NCBI GenBank assembly: GCA_030446285.1
Contig: JASUSC010000002.1
Span: 1 to 63,279, forward strand
Length of the DNA: 63,279 nt
Reading direction: 5' to 3'
Source of the DNA: Eubacteriales bacterium
Lineage (GTDB): Bacteria; Bacillota; JASUSC01
Position 1 is the stretch's first letter. Every line of letters begins with the position of its first letter. This document shows positions 19,652-28,847 of the stretch, one piece after another. The notes below the pieces were generated by a model. The model made no database searches. It had not been told where the DNA came from and saw only the letters and a list, made by a program, of their open reading frames with translations. The translations under genes and the position numbers were made by a program.

Positions 19652-20547
19652 CTATTTGTAGACATTATAGTTATTATACAACTTGTTGTCAAGAGTTGAA
19701 TAGTAGGCGTCCGTGTTCCGTGCGGACCAATAGTCCCTCGTCAAGATAGCGTCGATCTGCTCGTCAAGGGTTTTCACGAACTGCTCGGGAGTAGTCAGGC
19801 CGCGGAGCAAGGCCAGATCCTGCTCCATGCGTGACTCAGGAGAGCCGGTGTAGCGTCCTGTCAGAGCAGCCATGAAGAACCAACGTGCCATGACCTCGCG
19901 CAACTGGTACGGGTCAACCTTAAAATCTCGTTTGCCAATAAGCCAAAGCGCATAGGTATAGAGGACGGCTACCTGGGAAGAAATGAGCTGGGCACTGGGA
20001 TACCCGGCACGCTTTAGTACTTTGAAAAACTTGTGCCAGTGCTGAAGATCCAGCATGTAGGCTTGTGCCTCGCGCAGGATGGCGAACTGCCGATCACGTT
20101 GCTCGTAAGTTTCCAAAGCTCGCCGATGTCTGAGATCCATTCCGGATCCCTTCCGATCGCTGGTTTAGTCACTTCAAACTTTTTCTCCCTGGGGGGAAAC
20201 GCAATGCGAAGCCTGTAGCGGCGATAGTCCTTCCCGATGATCGGAACGCCCTTGATGACTGCGTAAAGGGAAGTCAGGCGTTGTTGCCCGTCCACGATCA
20301 GCAAACGGGGAACCTTTTGCTTTTGATCAGAGCCGATGAGCCGGTGTTCTCCAGGAAACCCATTCTCCCAAAACAGCAAATAGCCGATGGGGTATCCTCG
20401 GTACATGGAGTCGAACAAATCGCGCACTTTAGTGGCGGGCCAGACGAACGGCCTCTGGATATCGGGCAACCCGATCTCGCCCATATCGATATCTTCTACT
20501 AGCTTTCTGAGGGAATAGTCAACTTTTCTAAAAATAACCTCGGCCAT
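19652..20547 (-). pseudogene. DUF262 (GmrSD/ParB-like nuclease N-domain) gene, frameshifted and C-terminally truncated
   Basis: The N-terminal ORF has LPDIQRPFVW, FDSMYRGYPIG and VDGQQRLTSL. The frame switches near 20110 (ISDIGELW | ETYEQRDRQF). The reading frame ends in AT-rich junction sequence (..NKLYNNYNVYK*), and no DUF1524/HNH half is present. Confidence 0.75.
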
Positions 20548-20660
20548 CGCAACCCCTCTTCACTTCATGTCCCCCACTCCCTAATTTCTCCCATTTTCTT
20601 CTTTTTCCTCCCTTCAGCCAGCTTTTTTCCAAACCTCCCCTGTTTTCCTCGCAGTATTGC

Positions 20661-20692
20661 CCAAATAAAAAAAGCCCCGCTTTACAGGGCTT
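20661..20692 (-). terminator. intrinsic terminator of rpsU-yqeY (stop codon inside the loop)
   Basis: AAGCCC-TGTAAAGCG-GGGCTT followed by TTTTTTATTT on the minus strand. Confidence 0.7.
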
Positions 20693-21137
20693 CCAACATC
20701 TCCTTGACAATTTCGTTTACTCTCCGGCCGTCGGCGCGGCCCTTCACCTGGGGCATCAGGTAACCCATGACCTTGCCTATGTCGCGGGGACCGACGGCAC
20801 CGGTTTTGGCAATGGCATCTCTGGCCAGTTCCCTGATCTCTTCTTCCGTGAGACGGGCGGGAAGGTACTCCTCTAAAATAGCGATTTCCTCCTGCAGGCG
20901 CGCAGCCGCATCTTCCCGGCCCAAGCGCCGGTACTCCTCCATCGCGTCCTGCCGCTGCTTAACCTCCCGGGCCAGAACTTCTATTACATCTTCCTCCGTT
21001 AAGGGCCGGCGGCGGTTAATTTCGGCGTTTTTCAGAGCCGCCCGCGCCATGCGGAGGACGGAAAGGCGCAATTTCCCTTTTTCTCTATCTTTCAGCGCCG
21101 CTTTCATGTCTTGCTCCAGACGTTCAACCAGGCTCAC
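20682..21137 (-). CDS. yqeY: GatB/YqeY domain protein
   Basis: 151 aa; MKAALKDREKGKLRLSVLRMARAALKNAEI...GPRDIGKVMGYLMPQVKGRADGRRVNEIVKEML is typical of YqeY. It follows rpsU, as in Bacillus. Confidence 0.9.
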   Translation of the reverse strand: MSLVERLEQDMKAALKDREKGKLRLSVLRMARAALKNAEINRRRPLTEEDVIEVLAREVKQRQDAMEEYRRLGREDAAARLQEEIAILEEYLPARLTEEEIRELARDAIAKTGAVGPRDIGKVMGYLMPQVKGRADGRRVNEIVKEMLEAL

Positions 21138-21149
21138 CGCAATCCCTCC

Positions 21150-21329
21150 TCAGTGGAAACGGCGTTTTTTCCTGGCCGCCTCGGCTTTTTTCTTCCGCCG
21201 GACGCTGGGCTTTTCGTAGTGCTCTCTGCGGCGCAGCTCCGCCAAGACGCCTGCCTTCTGACAGGACTTCTTGAACCGTCGCAAGGCGCTGTCCAGGGTT
21301 TCGTTTTTCCCAACCCTAACTTCCGTCAC
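21150..21329 (-). CDS. rpsU: 30S ribosomal protein S21
   Basis: GTG start at 21329 after the RBS GGGGGGAGGG; [48 protein letters not shown] is canonical S21. The longer track ORF is an upstream extension. Confidence 0.92.
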   Translation of the reverse strand: MTEVRVGKNETLDSALRRFKKSCQKAGVLAELRRREHYEKPSVRRKKKAEAARKKRRFH

Positions 21330-21431
21330 TCGTATCCCTCCCCCCGTCTCCTGCCGCCGCTTTAGCTCCGTCTCCTGCCGCTTTTCTTGCCCCGTCCCCG
21401 TTTGCATAACTAAAAAACTACATGTGAAAAA

Positions 21432-21460
21432 ATTATAAGCTAATCTGTGGGTATTGTCAA
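21432..21460 (-). promoter_or_regulatory. consensus sigma-A promoter for rpsU-yqeY
   Basis: Minus strand reads TTGACA (21460-21455) - 17 nt - TATAAT (21437-21432). Confidence 0.8.
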
Positions 21461-21508
21461 ATGGCACCTGTCCGCATCTTTTTTTTGTTCGGCTCTATTT
21501 CTTAGACA

Positions 21509-21850
21509 TCAGGCGAAATTCTTCAGTTTTTCGCCGCCGATAAGATGGTAATGGAGGTGGTAGACAACCTGACCGCCCTCGGGGTTGCAGTTGGTGACAA
21601 TCCGGAACCCCTTCTCGGCAATTCCCTTCTCCCGGGCCAGCCGGTTGATGACCAGGTGAATGTGGCCGATGAGGTCGGCGTTGTTCTCGTTGATGTCAAG
21701 GACGTTGGTCAGATGTTCCTTGGGGATGACTAAGATGTGCACCGGCGCCAAGGGATTGATGTCGTTAAAGGCCATGACCCGGTCGTCTTCGTAGACGATC
21801 TGGGACGGCATTTCCCGCTTCACTATCTTACAGAATATGCAGTCGCTCAC
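21509..21850 (-). CDS. HIT-family (histidine triad) nucleotide hydrolase
   Basis: 113 aa; CIFCKI N-terminus and the HLHYHLIGG histidine triad. Confidence 0.9.
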   Translation of the reverse strand: MSDCIFCKIVKREMPSQIVYEDDRVMAFNDINPLAPVHILVIPKEHLTNVLDINENNADLIGHIHLVINRLAREKGIAEKGFRIVTNCNPEGGQVVYHLHYHLIGGEKLKNFA

Positions 21851-21897
21851 CTTCTCGCCTCCTTATGAGCAAAATTTTATTTTTTTATTCGCTGTTT

Positions 21898-23238
21898 TCA
21901 CTTTCTTTCCTTCTTTCTCTCTTCTTCCGCGGCAAAATTTTTCAGCCTGCCCAGGACAATACCGTCCCGGTACTCTTCCAGGACTACTGAGGCAAAGGTG
22001 CCGGCCAAATTGTCCGGGGTCTCCACCCGCACCCGCAGGTAGTTGCCGGTAAGCCCTTCTCCCACTCCTGGCGCGGGCGGTTCTTCAAAGAGGACTTCCA
22101 TTTCCCGCCCCAAGAAACGACGGGCATAGTGGGCCGCTAATTTTTCTCCCAGTTCCCGTAAGATGCGGCTACGCTCTTCCTTCCGGCGGGCGTCCACCTG
22201 GGCCGGGAAGGTTGCCGCCGGTGTGCCCGCCCGGGGGGAATATTTAAAGACGTGCATCTGACTGAAACCAACCCGCTCGACGAAGGCAAGGGTACGGCGG
22301 AAGTGGTCCTCCGTCTCTCCCGGAAAACCGACGATGATGTCCGTGGTCAGGGCGATGTCGGGTATGCGGGAGCGGATGTACTCCGTAAGCCGGAGAAATT
22401 CGACGGTGGTATAGCCCCGGCCCATTTTTTCTAGGATGGCATCGTCGCCGCTCTGCAGGGGAAGATGCAGGTGGGGACAGACCTTTTCCGACCCCGCCAT
22501 GACGTCTACCAGCCGGAAATTTACATCCACAGGCTCCACCGAACTGAGTCGGAGCCGCCAGCGGCCGGGGATCTGGAGTAATTGTTCCATCAAATCGGCT
22601 AAGTCTTTTATTTTTTCCCCGGCGGGAAAATCGCGGCCGTAGGCGCCGATGTGAATGCCGGTGAGGACTATTTCCTTGAAGCCCTTCTCAATCAAGGTGC
22701 GGGCTTCGGCCACCACCCGTTCCGGCCGGCGGCTCCGCACCGGCCCCCGCACGTAGGGCACAATGCAGTAGGTGCAGAAGTGGTCGCAGCCGTCCTGGAC
22801 TTTGATGAAAGCCCGGGTGCGGCCCTCGGGAATGTGGGGCAGTTCTTCAAACTCAGCGGTCGGGGAAGTGACCGCCACAATTCCTTTCTTCTCCCGTCGG
22901 GCTTCTTCCACCAGCTCTACCAGCCTCTCCCGACCGGATGTACCTATCACCACGTCCACGCCTAAGGCCGCTACTTCTTGCGGAGCTTTCTGGGCATAAC
23001 AGCCCATTACCGCCACCACCGCCTGCGGGTTGCTGCGGCGGGCGCGCCGGATGAGCTGCCGGGATTTGCGATCGCCTAAGTGGGTTACGGTGCAGGTGTT
23101 GATCACGTAAACGTCGGCCGGCTCGGCAAAATCCACCACCTCGTAACCGTGGCAGCGGAAAAGACCGGCCACGGCTTCTCCTTCCACCTGATTTACTTTA
23201 CAGCCCAGCGTGGTTATGGCTACCCTTTTTTTCTCCAT
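21898..23238 (-). CDS. mtaB: tRNA (t6A37) methylthiotransferase MtaB (radical SAM, MiaB-like)
   Basis: ATG at 23238 after the RBS GAGGGGAG; MEKKRVAITTLGCKVNQ, radical-SAM CDHFCTYCIVP, C-terminal TRAM domain. Synteny with rsmE-prmA-dnaJ matches yqeV in Bacillus. Confidence 0.88.
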   Translation of the reverse strand: MEKKRVAITTLGCKVNQVEGEAVAGLFRCHGYEVVDFAEPADVYVINTCTVTHLGDRKSRQLIRRARRSNPQAVVAVMGCYAQKAPQEVAALGVDVVIGTSGRERLVELVEEARREKKGIVAVTSPTAEFEELPHIPEGRTRAFIKVQDGCDHFCTYCIVPYVRGPVRSRRPERVVAEARTLIEKGFKEIVLTGIHIGAYGRDFPAGEKIKDLADLMEQLLQIPGRWRLRLSSVEPVDVNFRLVDVMAGSEKVCPHLHLPLQSGDDAILEKMGRGYTTVEFLRLTEYIRSRIPDIALTTDIIVGFPGETEDHFRRTLAFVERVGFSQMHVFKYSPRAGTPAATFPAQVDARRKEERSRILRELGEKLAAHYARRFLGREMEVLFEEPPAPGVGEGLTGNYLRVRVETPDNLAGTFASVVLEEYRDGIVLGRLKNFAAEEERKKERK

Positions 23239-23275
23239 AAATCTCCCCTCTGCCGGTTTTCCCGGCAACTATAGT

Positions 23276-23983
23276 CTACCCTATGTCACCCCAGGCAAAA
23301 AGAAAAAGCGCCGCCGCCACCATTCCCGCTGTCTCCGTCCGCAGGATGCGGGGGCCCAGCCCGGCCACGGCAAACCCCTGCTGCCGGGCCAGTTCCACCT
23401 CCGCTTCGGTCAGCCCCCCTTCCGGCCCGATAAAAAGGGAAACCCCCGCCGGCCGCGGCCAGGCGGCGATAAACTCCTTCAGCCCCCGCTCCGCCTTCTC
23501 CCAGAGCACCACCGCCGGGTAGCCCTCCGCCGCCGCTCTGGCCACTGCCTCCGGCCAGGTGTGCAGCTTCTCCACCAGAGGGACCCGGCCGCGGCCGGCC
23601 TGCTTGGCCGCCTCCCGGGCGATCCGCTGCCACCTTTCCCGCCGCTGCTCTCCTTTGGCAGCATCCAGGCGTACCACCACCCGTTCCGTCAGCACCGGCA
23701 CCAGGGTTGTGACTCCGATCTCGGTGGCCTTCTGCACCACCAGATCCATTTTTTCCCCTTTGGCCACGCCCTGGTACAAAACGACGGGCAGGGGCGGTTC
23801 CCGCCGGCAGGGAAACTCCGCCGCAATCCTGCCCACCACTTCTCTCCCATCCGTCTTTTCCACCACCACGGTGTATTCCTTTTCTCCGTCCATGACGGTT
23901 ATCTCCTCGCCGGGACGGCAGCGTAGGACTTTGCTCAGGTGGCGGGCATCTTCACCCCGGATGAAAACTTTTCCCCCCCGCAA
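23276..23983 (-). CDS. rsmE: 16S rRNA (uracil1498-N3)-methyltransferase RsmE
   Basis: 235 aa, TTG start; GEDARHLSKVLR (PUA-like N-domain) and FIGPEGGLTEAEVE...GPRILRTETA (SPOUT knot). Confidence 0.88.
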   Translation of the reverse strand: MRGGKVFIRGEDARHLSKVLRCRPGEEITVMDGEKEYTVVVEKTDGREVVGRIAAEFPCRREPPLPVVLYQGVAKGEKMDLVVQKATEIGVTTLVPVLTERVVVRLDAAKGEQRRERWQRIAREAAKQAGRGRVPLVEKLHTWPEAVARAAAEGYPAVVLWEKAERGLKEFIAAWPRPAGVSLFIGPEGGLTEAEVELARQQGFAVAGLGPRILRTETAGMVAAALFLFAWGDIG

Positions 23984-24017
23984 TGTCCTCGGGTTGCACT
24001 AAGAAAAACGGCACCGC

Positions 24018-24974
24018 TTAGCTCCCCTTCCGGCAGAGGAATGCCAGCCATTCCCCTGACTTTTTCTCTTCTTCCAGAAGCAAACCGGCTTCCGTCAGCT
24101 TCTCTTTGACCATCTCAGCTTTGCCGGTCACGATACCGGAGGCAATAAAAAATCCTCCCGGCGCTAAAATTTCCCCTACCGGCCAGGCCAGTTCGGCAAT
24201 GACCCGAGCCAAGATGTTGGCCACCACTAAATGAGGCCTCTCTCCTCCTAAGAGGGCCGCCACCTTCGCCCTCTCTTCCGGCCGGAGGAAATCGGCTTCT
24301 TTTACTTGCACTCGATCCTGAAGACGGTTTAAGCGAACGTTTTCTTCGGCCACTTCCACCGCCAGGGGATCCACGTCCACCGCCAGCACCCGTCCGGCCC
24401 CCAAAAGGGCCGCCGCCAGGGCCAGGATCCCCGACCCGGTACCCACGTCCAGGACGACCTCGCCGCCCCGGATCACCTTCTCTAAAAACTGCAAAGACAG
24501 GGCGGTGGTGGGGTGGGTGCCGGTACCAAAAGCCATACCCGGATCCAGGAGAAGGGGCACTTCCCCGGGACTGGGTCTATACTCCTCCCAGGAAGGGACG
24601 ACCACTAACTTTTCCCCCACCTTCAACGGGTGGAAGTATTTTTTCCAGCTTTCCGCCCAGTCCTCTTCAGCCACCCGGTCAACTTCTAAGTCGGCCACGG
24701 TGCCGGGCATAATCTCCTCCCGGAGAAAGTTCAATTTTTCCCGGATGGCAGCCAGCCGGTCGGGCCAACTTTCGTCCGCCGGGTAGTAGGCCTTCACCCG
24801 GACAGAGCCGGGAGGACAGGGAGGACGGTCGGGCTTCTCTTCCTCTTCCTCCCCTCCTCCCGCCAATTCCACCGCCACTCCAGCCGCCCCGGCTTCGGTG
24901 AGAACGGCCGCCACCGCTTCCTCCGCCTCCGGCCGGGTCAGGACCTTCACTTCCCAGTAGAGCAAAACGGTCAC
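24018..24974 (-). CDS. prmA: ribosomal protein L11 methyltransferase
   Basis: 318 aa; W.E..V N-terminus, DPGMAFGTGTHPTT, VLDVGTGSGILA (SAM motif). Confidence 0.92.
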   Translation of the reverse strand: MTVLLYWEVKVLTRPEAEEAVAAVLTEAGAAGVAVELAGGGEEEEEKPDRPPCPPGSVRVKAYYPADESWPDRLAAIREKLNFLREEIMPGTVADLEVDRVAEEDWAESWKKYFHPLKVGEKLVVVPSWEEYRPSPGEVPLLLDPGMAFGTGTHPTTALSLQFLEKVIRGGEVVLDVGTGSGILALAAALLGAGRVLAVDVDPLAVEVAEENVRLNRLQDRVQVKEADFLRPEERAKVAALLGGERPHLVVANILARVIAELAWPVGEILAPGGFFIASGIVTGKAEMVKEKLTEAGLLLEEEKKSGEWLAFLCRKGS

Positions 24975-24980
24975 TCCTTT

Positions 24981-26147
24981 TTAGCCCATGAAGGCGTCTT
25001 TCATCTTTTCAAAAAAATTTTTGTTTACCCCGGTAGGGTTTTCGCCGCTCTCCCGGGCGAACTGCCGCAGCAGCTCCTTCTGTTTTTCCGTGAGACGGGT
25101 GGGCACCACGATCCGAACCGTAACCAACTGGTCGCCCCGTCCCCGGCCATGGAGATCGGGAATCCCTTTCCCTTTCAGGCGGAAAACGGTACCAGTCTGG
25201 GTACCGGCGGGGATTTTGAGTTTGGCCTTACCGTCTAAGGTAGGTACTTCTATTTCATCACCCAAGGCCGCCTGTGGGAAGGAAATGGGCACTTCCATGA
25301 CCACATTGCGGCCTTCGCGGCGGAAAATCTTGTGGGGCTTGACGTGAATCCGGATGTAGAGGTCGCCGGGCGGGCCGCCCCGTTCACCAGGTTCGCCTTC
25401 TCCGCTCAGACGCAGGCTGTAACCATCGTCCACCCCGGCGGGGATGCGGATGTGAACCCGCCGCTGTTGCCGTACTTTACCGCGACCGTGGCAGCGCGGG
25501 CACGGCTTGTCTATCACCCGACCTTCACCCTGGCAGCGGGGGCAGGTCCTGGTCTGAACGATCTGGCCAAAGAGGATGTTCTGGGTAGTACGAATCTGAC
25601 CGGTGCCGCCGCACATATCACAGGTACGCGGGCTGGTTCCCGGCGCCGCCCCGCTGCCATGGCAAGTGCTGCACTCCGTCAGGATGGGAATGTGGATGTC
25701 CTTCTCGGCTCCGAAAGCGGCTTCCTCAAAGGTTATTTCCAGGTCATAGGCCACATCGGCCCCTTTCTGCGGGCCGCGCCGGCGGGACTCCCGGCCCCAG
25801 CCGCCGCCGAAAAACATATCGAAGAGGTCGCCAAAGGCGTCAAAACCTCTGGCAAAATCGCCAAAGCCACCAAAATCCTCGTAAGTGCCGCCGCTCGCGC
25901 CGCCAAAACCACCCATGGGACCGTCGGGATGGCCGTAACGGTCGTAGTTGGCCCGTTTCTCGGGATTAGAAAGAACTTCGTAGGCCTCGTTGATTTCTTT
26001 AAACTTTTCTTCGGCTTCTTTGTTGCCCGGGTTTAAGTCCGGGTGGTACTTGCGGGCCAGTTTCCGGTATGCTTTTTTAATTTCTTCTTCGGTGGCGTTG
26101 CGGGGCACACCTAAAATTTCATAATAATCTTTTTTGCTCATGGCCAA
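24981..26147 (-). CDS. dnaJ: molecular chaperone DnaJ
   Basis: J domain (DYYEILGV...KYHPD), G/F region, four CxxCxGxG zinc-finger repeats. Confidence 0.97.
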   Translation of the reverse strand: MAMSKKDYYEILGVPRNATEEEIKKAYRKLARKYHPDLNPGNKEAEEKFKEINEAYEVLSNPEKRANYDRYGHPDGPMGGFGGASGGTYEDFGGFGDFARGFDAFGDLFDMFFGGGWGRESRRRGPQKGADVAYDLEITFEEAAFGAEKDIHIPILTECSTCHGSGAAPGTSPRTCDMCGGTGQIRTTQNILFGQIVQTRTCPRCQGEGRVIDKPCPRCHGRGKVRQQRRVHIRIPAGVDDGYSLRLSGEGEPGERGGPPGDLYIRIHVKPHKIFRREGRNVVMEVPISFPQAALGDEIEVPTLDGKAKLKIPAGTQTGTVFRLKGKGIPDLHGRGRGDQLVTVRIVVPTRLTEKQKELLRQFARESGENPTGVNKNFFEKMKDAFMG

Positions 26148-26206
26148 CCTCCTGCACCCTTACACAGGATAGCTGTAAAAGGCCTTAATTTATTTTATAC
26201 CGCCCG

Positions 26207-26241
26207 TTAAAAAAAGTACAGGGGCGCACACTCACCCCTGT
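26207..26241 (-). terminator. stem-loop plus T-run between dnaK and dnaJ (partial terminator or processing site)
   Basis: ACAGGGG-TGAGTGTGCG-CCCCTGT followed by ACTTTTTTT on the minus strand. Confidence 0.65.
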
Positions 26242-26256
26242 CAGCCGGTGATACTC

Positions 26257-28092
26257 CTACTTCTGGTCGTCGTCCATTACCTTGTAGTCGGCGTCCACTA
26301 CCTTTTCTCCCCCGGGCGAACTTCCTCCCTGCTGGGTACTGCCACCAGCCGCGCCGGCAGCCCCGCGCTGGTACATGAGGGTGGTCAGTTCGTACAGGGG
26401 TTTGGTAAGGGCTTCCGTTTTGGCTTTTATGGCCTGGACGTCGTTGCCGGCCAGAGCCTGTTTCAGCTCGTCAATAGCCCGGCGCACCTCGTCGGCCTTG
26501 GCCTTGTCGACTTTGTCGCCGAACTCACGCAGCGTTTTCTCTGCCTGGTAAATCATGGAGTCGGCGTTGTTGCGGGCCTCGGCCTCTTCTCTCCGTCTGC
26601 GGTCTTCCTCGGCGTGGGCCTCGGCTTCCTTCATCATGCGCTGAATTTCCTCTTCGGAAAGACCGGTGCTGCCGGTGATGGTAATAGCCTGCTGGTTACC
26701 GGTAGCCAGGTCTTTCGCGGAAACGTGGACAATACCGTTGGCGTCGATATCGAACTTAACCTCGATCTGCGGCACTCCCCGCGGCGCCGGCGGAATACCG
26801 GAGAGGATGAAGTTGCCGAGCAGCTTGTTGTCTCGCGCCATGGGCCGCTCGCCCTGGTACACCTTGATTTCTACGGAAGTCTGGTTGTCAGTAGCGGTGG
26901 AGAAGATCTGGCTCTTGGAGGTAGGAATGGTGGTGTTGCGCGGAATGATAACGGTAAACACGCCGCCCAAGGTTTCGATACCCAGGGAAAGGGGAGTTAC
27001 GTCCAGCAGCAGAACATCCTTGACCTCTCCGGCCAGAACCGCCGCCTGGATGGCAGCCCCAATGGCCACCACCTCGTCCGGGTTAACCCCTTTGTGGGGT
27101 TCTTTCCCCAAGAAGCGGCGGATGGCTTCCTGTACCGCCGGAATCCGGGTGGAACCTCCCACCAGGATAACTTTGTCAATATCCTTGGGCTCCAAGCCAG
27201 CGTCGGCCAGAGCCTGACGCGTGGGTCCCATGGTTTTTTCTACCAAGTCGGCGGTGAGTTCCTCAAACTTGGCCCGGGTGAGGGTGACGTCGATGTGTTT
27301 GGGACCGGTGTGGTCGGCGGCGATGAATGGCAGGTTGATGTTGGTGGAAGTCACGCTGGAAAGCTCGATCTTGGCTTTTTCCGCCGCCTCCTTCAACCGC
27401 TGCATGGCCATGCGGTCGTTGCGCAGGTCTATGCCATGCTCTTTGCGGAACTCTTCCACCAGCCAGTTAATGATGCGGTCGTCGAAGTCATCGCCACCCA
27501 AACGGTTGTTACCGCTGGTGGCCTTCACTTCAAAGACGCCGTCGCCGATTTCCAGGATAGAAACGTCAAAAGTACCGCCGCCTAAGTCGTAGACCAGGAT
27601 GGTCTGACTCCCTTCTTTGTCCAGACCGTAAGCCAAAGCGGCCGCCGTCGGTTCGTTGATAATCCGCAGCACTTCCAGACCGGCGATCCGCCCGGCGTCC
27701 CGGGTTGCCTGCCGCTGGGCGTCGGTGAAGTAGGCGGGAACGGTAATCACCGCCTTGGTAACCGGCTCGCCCAGGTAGGCTTCAGCATCAGCTTTCAGTT
27801 TTTGAAGAATCATCGCCGAAATCTCCTGGGGAGTGTAAGCCTTCCCGTCAATATGAACTTTATAGTCAGTCCCCATGTGGCGTTTGATGGACATTATCGT
27901 CCGTTCCGGGTTGGTGATAGCCTGTCTTTTGGCCGCCTGGCCGACCAGACGCTCACCCGTCTTGGTAAACGCCACCACGGAAGGAGTAGTCCGTCCCCCT
28001 TCCGCATTGGGGATAACAGTCACTTCGCCTCCTTCCATAACGGCAATACAGGAGTTGGTAGTTCCAAGGTCAATACCTACTACTTTGCCCAT
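26257..28092 (-). CDS. dnaK: molecular chaperone DnaK (Hsp70)
   Basis: [21 protein letters not shown] and related Hsp70 motifs. GGAGG is 8 nt before the second ATG (28092); the track start at 28098 is an alternative. Confidence 0.97.
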   Translation of the reverse strand: MGKVVGIDLGTTNSCIAVMEGGEVTVIPNAEGGRTTPSVVAFTKTGERLVGQAAKRQAITNPERTIMSIKRHMGTDYKVHIDGKAYTPQEISAMILQKLKADAEAYLGEPVTKAVITVPAYFTDAQRQATRDAGRIAGLEVLRIINEPTAAALAYGLDKEGSQTILVYDLGGGTFDVSILEIGDGVFEVKATSGNNRLGGDDFDDRIINWLVEEFRKEHGIDLRNDRMAMQRLKEAAEKAKIELSSVTSTNINLPFIAADHTGPKHIDVTLTRAKFEELTADLVEKTMGPTRQALADAGLEPKDIDKVILVGGSTRIPAVQEAIRRFLGKEPHKGVNPDEVVAIGAAIQAAVLAGEVKDVLLLDVTPLSLGIETLGGVFTVIIPRNTTIPTSKSQIFSTATDNQTSVEIKVYQGERPMARDNKLLGNFILSGIPPAPRGVPQIEVKFDIDANGIVHVSAKDLATGNQQAITITGSTGLSEEEIQRMMKEAEAHAEEDRRRREEAEARNNADSMIYQAEKTLREFGDKVDKAKADEVRRAIDELKQALAGNDVQAIKAKTEALTKPLYELTTLMYQRGAAGAAGGSTQQGGSSPGGEKVVDADYKVMDDDQK

Positions 28093-28117
28093 CTGCATCT
28101 ACCTCCATCGTTGAATT

Positions 28118-28837
28118 TTACTGGACTGAAACTTTGACCATAGCCGGTCGAATTACTTTCCCCTTCAGGGTGTAGCCTTTCTGCAACTCTTCTACCACCG
28201 TGTTTTCCGGGTAGCGATCGTCCTGGACCTGCATTACCGCTTCATGGCAGGAGGGATCAAAGGGACAGCCCACCGCTTTGATGGGCTCCACGCCTTCGGC
28301 AGCAAGAATTTCCATAAACTGGCGGTGAATAAGGTTGACCCCTTCCAGCAAGCGGGTGCCGTCCGTTTCCCCGGCCGCTAAGGCCCGCTCTAAGTTGTCA
28401 AGAACCGGCAGGAGTTTGACAATAAGTCCTTCCGCCGCAAAGCGGGCCATTTCTTCCTTTTCCCTCTGAGTGCGGCGGCGAAAATTATCAAAGTCGGCCT
28501 GCAAACGGAGGAGCCGTCTCATGTATTCCTCGATAATCGCCTCTTTCAACCTGAGCTCGTCCTGCAGTTTTTGAATAATTTTGCTTGGATCCGGCTGTTC
28601 TTCCGCCGCAGCCGGCTCACCCTCAGCCGGAGAAGTTTCTTCTTCCCCTGCCGTCTCCTTGGTGTCACCTTCGGCTGCAGTCCCCTCTTTTTCTTTGCCT
28701 TCCTCGGAAGGCGCGGGGGCCTCAGCCTTTCCTGCCGCTTCTTCTTTATTTTCCGTAGCTTCTTCCCTTTCTACAGAAGCCGTATTCTTGGCTTCTTCCT
28801 GCTCCTCCGCCGTTAATTCTTTTTCCCTTTCCGCCAC
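28118..28837 (-). CDS. grpE: nucleotide exchange factor GrpE (long acidic N-terminal extension)
   Basis: 239 aa; the C-terminal half (LRLQADFDNFRRR...GFDPSCHEAV...) is canonical GrpE. The N-terminal ~85 aa are E/A/K-rich. Confidence 0.93.
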   Translation of the reverse strand: MAEREKELTAEEQEEAKNTASVEREEATENKEEAAGKAEAPAPSEEGKEKEGTAAEGDTKETAGEEETSPAEGEPAAAEEQPDPSKIIQKLQDELRLKEAIIEEYMRRLLRLQADFDNFRRRTQREKEEMARFAAEGLIVKLLPVLDNLERALAAGETDGTRLLEGVNLIHRQFMEILAAEGVEPIKAVGCPFDPSCHEAVMQVQDDRYPENTVVEELQKGYTLKGKVIRPAMVKVSVQ

Positions 28838-28847
28838 CGCTTTCCAC

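Larger units (their letters stand above)
11125..20650. other. accessory/defence island inserted between lemA and yqeY-rpsU
   Basis: Gene content (type I R-M, TA remnant, IS remnant, low-GC cassette, disrupted DUF262) contrasts with the flanking conserved housekeeping genes. Confidence 0.7.

Noticed and set aside
26248-27585. 445-aa plus-strand ORF, with similar long plus-strand ORFs at 1979-2845, 3710-4510, 9303-10004, 23210-23926, 25332-26036 and 38551-39264.
   Set aside because: All lie antisense to strongly supported conserved genes (dnaK, ccpN, glyS, TPM, rsmE, dnaJ, gltB-like). Their composition is low-complexity and Arg/Gly/Pro-rich, as expected of shadow ORFs in high-GC DNA.
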